Below, in pieces: positions 57,653-64,000 of a stretch of DNA of 64,000 bases (the first letter of the stretch is position 1; the number at the start of each line of letters is the position of its first letter). The translations under genes and the position numbers were made by a program. The DNA comes from Macrostomum lignano (taxonomy: Eukaryota), in contig NIVC01003152.1 of NCBI GenBank assembly GCA_002269645.1, forward strand, positions 52,354 through 116,353. Direction: 5' to 3'. A model generated the notes under the pieces. That model was given only the letters and a program-made list of their open reading frames with translations. It did not search any database and was not told where the DNA came from.

Positions 57653-60600
57653 ATGTCCGAAGAGAAGAAGGAATTCAGCTCCACTCTTGGTATCGTGTTC
57701 TCGTGCATGGGCACGGTGGTTGGCACAGGCAATGTGTGGCGATTTCCGAGAATAGCAGCCCAGAACAGCGCTAGCCAAGGGACGCTGATCTTCTTGATTA
57801 CCTGGATGCTGTTTCTCTTCATCTGGTCCAGTCCAATGCTGCTCATTGAGTACGTCATCGGTCGGTATTATAAAAAAACTCCAATTCAAAGTTTTCAACG
57901 GGCCATGGGCGACAAATTCATTTGGTGCGGAGGCTGGGTGTCGTCAGTTACCTTCTTCATCAGGCAAGTTTATATGGGCATGATTTCATTTGAAAATCTG
58001 GCAACCTATTGCATTACCAGTAATTTATTAGCTTACTAAGTTAATAATTACTTCCATAGGCCTACAACAACAATAAGAATCGATTTTAAATCCACGATGT
58101 CGATGGCTAGATTAGCAATCCATTCTATTCTTTTATCCATGATTTTGGCTAGATTAGCAATCCACTTTATTTCCTCATCCATGATTTTGGCTAGATTAGC
58201 AATCCATTCTATTCTTTCATCCATGATTTTGGCTAGATTAGCAATCCATTTTATTTCCTCATCCATGATTTTGGCTAGATTAGCAATCCATTCTATTCCT
58301 TCATCGATGATCTTTGGCTAGATTAGCAATCCATTCTATTCCTTCATCCATTGACGTTTTTAGCTAGATTAGCAATCCATTCTATTCCTTCATCCATTGA
58401 CGTTTTTAGCTAGATTAGCAATCCATTCTGTTCCTTCATCCATTGACGTTTTTAGCTAGATTAGCAATCCATTCTATTCCTTCATCCATTGACGTTTTTA
58501 GCTAGATTAGCAATCCATTCTATTCCTTCATCCATTGACGTTTTTAGCTAGATTAGCAATCCATTTTATTTCCTCATCCATGATTTTGGCTAGATTAGCA
58601 ATCCATTCTATTCTTTCATCCATGATTTTGGCTAGATTAGCAATCCATTTTATTTCCTCATCCATGATTTTGGCTAGATTAGCAATCCATTCTATTCCTT
58701 TATCGATGATCGATGATCCATTCTATTCCTTCATCCATTGACGTTTTTAGCTAGATTAGCAATCCATTCTATTCCTTCATCGATGATCTTTGGCTAGATT
58801 AGCAATCCATTCTATTCCTTCATCCATGAAGCTGGCTAGATTAGCAATCCATTCTATTCCTTCATTCATGATGTTGGCTAGATTAGCAATCCATTCTGTT
58901 CCTTCATCCATTGATGTAGGCTAGATTAGCAATCCATTCTATTCCTTCATCCATTGACGTTTTTAGCTAGATTAGCAATCCATTCTATTCCTTCATCCAT
59001 GAAGCTGGCTAGATTAGCAATCCATTCTATTCCTTCATTCATGATGTTGGCTAGATTAGCAATCCATTCTATTCCTTCATTCATGATGTTGGCTAGATTA
59101 GCAATCCATTCTATTCCTTCATCCATTGACGTTTTTAGCTAGATTAGCAATCCATTCTATTCCTTCATCCATGAAGCTGGCTAGATTAGCAATCCATTCT
59201 ATTCCTTCATTCATGATGTTGGCTAGATTAGCAATCCATTGTGTTCCTTCATCCATTGATGTAGGCTAGATTGGCAATTCATTCATATTCATTTACCTGT
59301 AGCAATATGTAACGTAGCAATATGTAACAAAACGTAACTAACGATCGATAGCCCCAACTCTTCAACACTGCAGCTGCTATTACGCGGTCATCCTAGGTTG
59401 GTGCTTGTACTACCTGTACGAGATGATCCGCCTCTGCATTGTAAGCGAACTACCGCAGACTGAAGAGGAGAGCGCATTGATTTTCGATAATCTCACGGTG
59501 AGGCAGATAGGCGTGTGGACACATAGTTCAGACAGTTCTTAATACGACTTATGCTACTCGTACTCAAAATCAATATCGATTTCGTTGCCTACCAGAACTC
59601 AGCCTGGCCAGCGCTGTTCCATGGCTTAGCAATCTTTTTGGCTGGGGCCTGCGTCATTGGCGGCATCACGTGGATCGAGAAGGTGAACTTGGTGCTGGTG
59701 CCCACCCTGCTAGTGATCATTGTGGTGACGTACACCTGGTCGGTGCTGCAGCCGTTTGGCGACTACGGCATCCGGTTTCTGTTCACCCCGGATGTAGGTA
59801 AGTTCATAATACTGGAATGCAAATGATAACATTGACTCAGAATTCAGAAACGTACATGTAATTGCAGAGACAGTTTTTTATCTGTTGTGTTTTGCACCAA
59901 GGGGTTTTAGCACCAAAGCACCAAGGGGCTTTAGCACCAAGGGGCTTTAGCATTAGCACCAAGGGGCTTTAGCACCAAAGGGCTTTAGCACCATGGGGCT
60001 TTAGCACCAAAGCACCAAGGGGCTTTAGCACCAAGGGGCTTTAGCACCAAGGGGCTTTAGCACCAAGGGGCTTTAGCACCAAGGGGCTTTAGCACCAAGG
60101 GGCTTTAGCACCAAGGGGCTTTAGCACCAAGGGGCTTTAGCACCAAGGGGCTTTAGCACCAAGGGGCTTTAGCACCAAGGGGCTTTAGCACCAAGGGGCT
60201 TTAGCACCAAGGGGCTTTAGCACCAAGGGGCTTTAGCACCAAGGGGCTTTAGCACCAAGGGGCTTTAGCACCAAGGGGCTTTAGCACCAAGGGGCTTTAG
60301 CACCAAGGGGCTTTAGCACCAAGGGGCTTTAGCACCAAGGGGCTTTAGCACCAAGGGGCTTTAGCACCAAGGGGCTTTAGCACCAAGGGGCTTTAGCACC
60401 AAGGGGCTTTAGCACCAAGGGGCTTTAGCACCAAGGGGCTTTAGCACCAAGGGGCTTTAGCACCAAGGGGCTTTAGCACCAAGGGGCTTTAGCACCAAGG
60501 GGCTTTAGCACCAAGGGGCTTTAGCACCAAGGGGCTTTAGCACCAAGGGGCTTTAGCACCAAGGGGCTTTAGCACCAAGGGGCTTTAGCACCAAGGGGCT

Positions 60601-63501
60601 TTAGCACCAAGGGGCTTTAGCACCAAGGGGCTTTAGCACCAAGGGGCTTTAGCACCAAGGGGCTTTAGCACCAAGGGGCTTTAGCACCAAGGGGCTTTAG
60701 CACCAAGGGGCTTTAGCACCAAGGGGCTTTAGCACCAAGGGGCTTTAGCACCAAGGGGCTTTAGCACCAAGGGGCTTTAGCACCAAGGGGCTTTAGCACC
60801 AAGGGGCTTTAGCACCAAGGGGCTTTAGCACCAAGGGGCTTTAGCACCAAGGGGCTTTAGCACCAAGGGGCTTTAGCACCAAGGGGCTTTAGCACCAAGG
60901 GGCTTTAGCACCAAGGGGCGCTAGCACCAAGATGTGCCAGCACCAAGGGGCGCCAGCACCAAGGGGCTTTAGCACCAAGGGGCTTTAGCACCAAGGGGCT
61001 TTAGCACCAAGGGGCTTTAGCACCAAGGGGCGCTAGCACCAAGATGTGCCAGCACCAAGGGGCGCCAGCACCAAGGGGCACTAAAGTAGTTGCTGGGGAT
61101 CTGCTTAAATTGATAGCAGTGTGGCCAAACGTGCCCCTGCCATAATATATGCCAGCCTATTCGCGTGGGAGGGCGGCCCCCATGATCCCCTGGGGTACGC
61201 GTTTTCGCTGATTAAATTTCAAGCGGGTGTCCCGTGAGAAGACAGCAGAGAAGTTTATGTTGGAAAGATTTCACTCGCGTCACTCGCTGCATTCTGCAAA
61301 CCTTGCTGGCCTCTATGTATGCAATTTTAAAAGTACCAGAGATTTCTTCCAACACCACTACAGAATCGTTGTCAAACGCAAAACTGTGGGTGGACGCGCT
61401 AACGCAGAATGCTTTCGACACGGGCGCTGCCATGGGTCTGATTGTCCCGTACGCCACGTACATGAGCGCCAAAAATGGCGTTGTGAAATTTGCCACAATG
61501 ATTCCTCTTATGAACAATCTTGTCAGGTAAGCCGACAAGATATCACATGGAGAATTAAAGTAATATTGCTAAAACACTGACCAAATTTTATCCAGAAGCA
61601 AGCATTTACTAATATTAAAATCCCCAACAACTCATAATGCAGCCTCATCTGCGCCATCACAATATTCGGCACAGTGTTCTCCACCCTGGTTAACAGCAAC
61701 CCGAGCTTGTCCCGCACCGGTATCGTTGAGATCATTAAAACCACTGGGCCAGCATCCACCGGACTCACCTTCGTGTGGATTCCCATCCTGTTCGGCAGCC
61801 TGGGGGTCGTTGGCAAATTATTGTGCATCATGTTCTTTCTGTGCCTGTGCTTTGCCGGACTCAGCACAGTCATTGCGGATGTTGAGCACACATCGCAGAC
61901 GCTGTGCAACTTTGGGCGTAAGTGAAAACCAACTGCTGTTAAATGTTACAGAGATGGTTGAGAAGACATGCTGATCTAAATATAAAAGAAAAATGATGGT
62001 GATAATGATGATAATTGCACTGTCAACCGTTGTCGCAGTTTCCAGACGCCTGGCGACCCCGGTGTGCGGACTGCTCATGTTCTCTATTGGGCTGCCCTCC
62101 GCACTCAGCATTCAAGTGTTGGACAATCAGGTTAAAATTTATATAATATAAGCATTTCTCGAATTGGTTACTTCATATTCGTAGACCCCCCCCCACTAGG
62201 CTTGATTCTCCCAGTAAGAATTACAAGTAAAGTGCTTGCTCCCAGGCTCAATTGGCCTGGAAAGTATGCATTTTATCATACTTATTTAAACATCTCCAAA
62301 AACCGTACAGGATTTCATCTGGGGCTTCGCTCTGCTTCCGTCCGGCCTGATGTTTCAAGCGCTGGTCTTCAAAGTAGGCTGGAATACGTTCAAAGAGGAC
62401 ATGGTTAACAAGTACGGAATCGGTGACTGGCCGCTGACGAACGTCACCATGGTGATTATTCTGTGAGTTTATGAATGAGAGTCTTGGCCTATACTGCATA
62501 GGAAGCCTCTTAACGGTTACCAGAATTACCTGAATCGATTTTTTGAATGTCGACCAAGACAAGTTGAGTTTCTATTCTTTGATCAACTTTAACAGCTCTG
62601 AAAATCTGGTTAACGTAGCAAACACAAATCATCTTCAATAGAAATCTGGGATGCTGAAAAATCGATTTAAAAATTTTTCAGCATCGTTGCTCCAATCGAA
62701 GCGATCGCCCTGCTAATCTGGTGGATTTATGACGAGATATCCGCCACAGCGGACAATGACCCGGGATCGCGCTGGTACGACTTCGGACTGGAAACGCTGA
62801 TGACCTGCTTTGTTACGGTAAGTTTCAAAGCGCATGTCATTTTTTCCGACAAATTGGATTATTTTGTTTTACTGTCAATAATAATGCTATTGCTTGCTTG
62901 TGTGTTTCTGTTGTTTTTGCTGTTGTTTTTATGTTTTTGCGACCCTAGATAGGGACCCAGAGAAGGACCTCCATGGGTCGCTCTATGGGGTCACCATCAC
63001 AAACTCGAAAAATCACATCGTCGAAAAGTTTAGCAACCACCATCGCAAGCTCGAAAAGGCACAAGCTCCAACCCTAACCCTAACCCTTTTCGAGCTTGTG
63101 ATGGTTGTTGCTAAACTTTTCGACGATGTGATTTTTCGAGTTTGTGATGTGACTCCGCTCTATAGACTTGGTCAGGATCCATCGGAATTATGAAGCACCA
63201 TCATATTCTCTGTTCCTGTTGTTGTCGCGCTTTTGTTATTTTCAGTGATGCTGATGATGCTGTTATTGTTACCGTATGTATAATAGCCAAACTCCTACAT
63301 CCTGTCTCGCAGTGGATCGCACTGATAATTCTGCTGGTGATCTGCAACGTAATCGCGTACCACATCCGACCCAGCTGGATGCGCCAATCCAACCGCGTCG
63401 GTGACGTCAGCAGCACTGTCGACGCCGAAGCCGGCGACATCGGGATGAAGTCAATGTCGCTGGATGAGAAGCGAACGCCAGGGACGAAGCCAGTCCCATA
63501 G
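57653..63501 (+). CDS. SLC6/NSS sodium-dependent transporter (prokaryote-like subfamily); exons 57653-57963, 59374-59497, 59596-59797, 61364-61526, 61643-61917, 62039-62130, 62311-62462, 62682-62817, 63313-63501
   Basis: GTGNVWRFP, E..IGR, YYAVILGW, IEKVNLVLVP, WVDALTQNAFDTG, TGLTFVWIP, FFLCLCFAGLST. All eight junction phases are consistent. TATA-like CATATAAAG near 57107 and a non-coding exon ending CAG|GTAAGT at 57188. Confidence 0.92.
58097..59281 (-). repeat. 42-bp dispersed minisatellite, array 4 (inverted, intronic)
   Basis: GGCTAGATTAGCAATCCATTCTATTCCTTCATCCATGATGTT units, the reverse complement of arrays 1-3. Confidence 0.92.
59895..61078 (+). repeat. 16-bp homogeneous minisatellite (about 70 copies) in SLC6 intron
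   Basis: CACCAAGGGGCTTTAG units, variants only at the edges. Confidence 0.96.
62990..63152. repeat. Intronic palindrome (~65-bp arms) with a telomere-like loop
   Basis: 62996-63059 pairs with 63085-63148 (2 mismatches); loop contains AACCCTAACCCTAACCC. Confidence 0.85.
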
Positions 63502-64000
63502 AGGCGACTGAGGAAGGGTCGAATGTCGATAATTCCGGAAGCGACCCGGAAACGCGGGACCAAGAGGACAACGGAAGCGTCACAAAGCGCAGCGATGGAC
63601 AAAACTTCGTCATCGGCGGCGGCCAGAGCAACTCGGGCTTCATCGGTGAAGAGTCCGTGGCTCAAAGCTGATTTTAAGCTCAACTGTTGATTTATCAATA
63701 TTAACTTGTATTGTGACTTGTTTAACTGATCTATTCTGATAAAAGTTCTGATCAAATGCCTGATCAAAAAAATCATTGCACCTGCTGGAAATTGGAACGA
63801 TTCTAATTTTTATAAATGATTCAGAGAGTTTTGTTAATTTGTTTTTTTTTCGGGGACGCGTACCTGTTTGCCTAAAAGTTTTGCGTCCACCTAGTTTTTA
63901 ACCCACTTTAGCATGCGCATAGCTGTAAGAATCATTGACCCTCAACCCCCCCCCAGTGTGTGTTATACCGTTATTTAAATATTATCTTTTGAGAGAAATT

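Overview
Eukaryotic (invertebrate-type) genomic DNA with spliceosomal genes, introns full of mini/microsatellites and many nested transposons. The style recalls a free-living flatworm such as Macrostomum, but the species cannot be confirmed from sequence alone. From left to right: an RTE-like LINE interrupted by a MITE; the first coding exon of a quaking/how STAR-domain gene (minus); a 7.1-kb foldback-like element (8-bp TSD, ~1-kb inverted arms) filled with a mosaic of retro/DNA-transposon fragments; and a very young full-length Ty3/Gypsy element (12300-22014). The Gypsy has near-identical LTRs, a tRNA-Leu PBS, a GGGAAAC -1 frameshift, three extra PBS-like copies inside each LTR and a non-env third ORF behind its own CCAAT/TATA/Inr promoter. 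It is followed by a decayed mariner with nested elements, then a TMEM248-like gene, a SCHIP1-like gene, an orphan multi-TM gene, a small secreted Cys-rich ORF, an extended-SDR/epimerase gene with an internal frameshifting deletion, a two-exon neuropeptide-precursor-like gene missed by the ORF track, and a complete SLC6/NSS transporter with a GC-AG intron. CpG-depleted domains flank the shared upstream region of the QKI-like and TMEM248-like genes, suggesting germline methylation. All exon structures were derived by hand (GT/GC-AG sites, phase matching, recalled homology); no database search was run.
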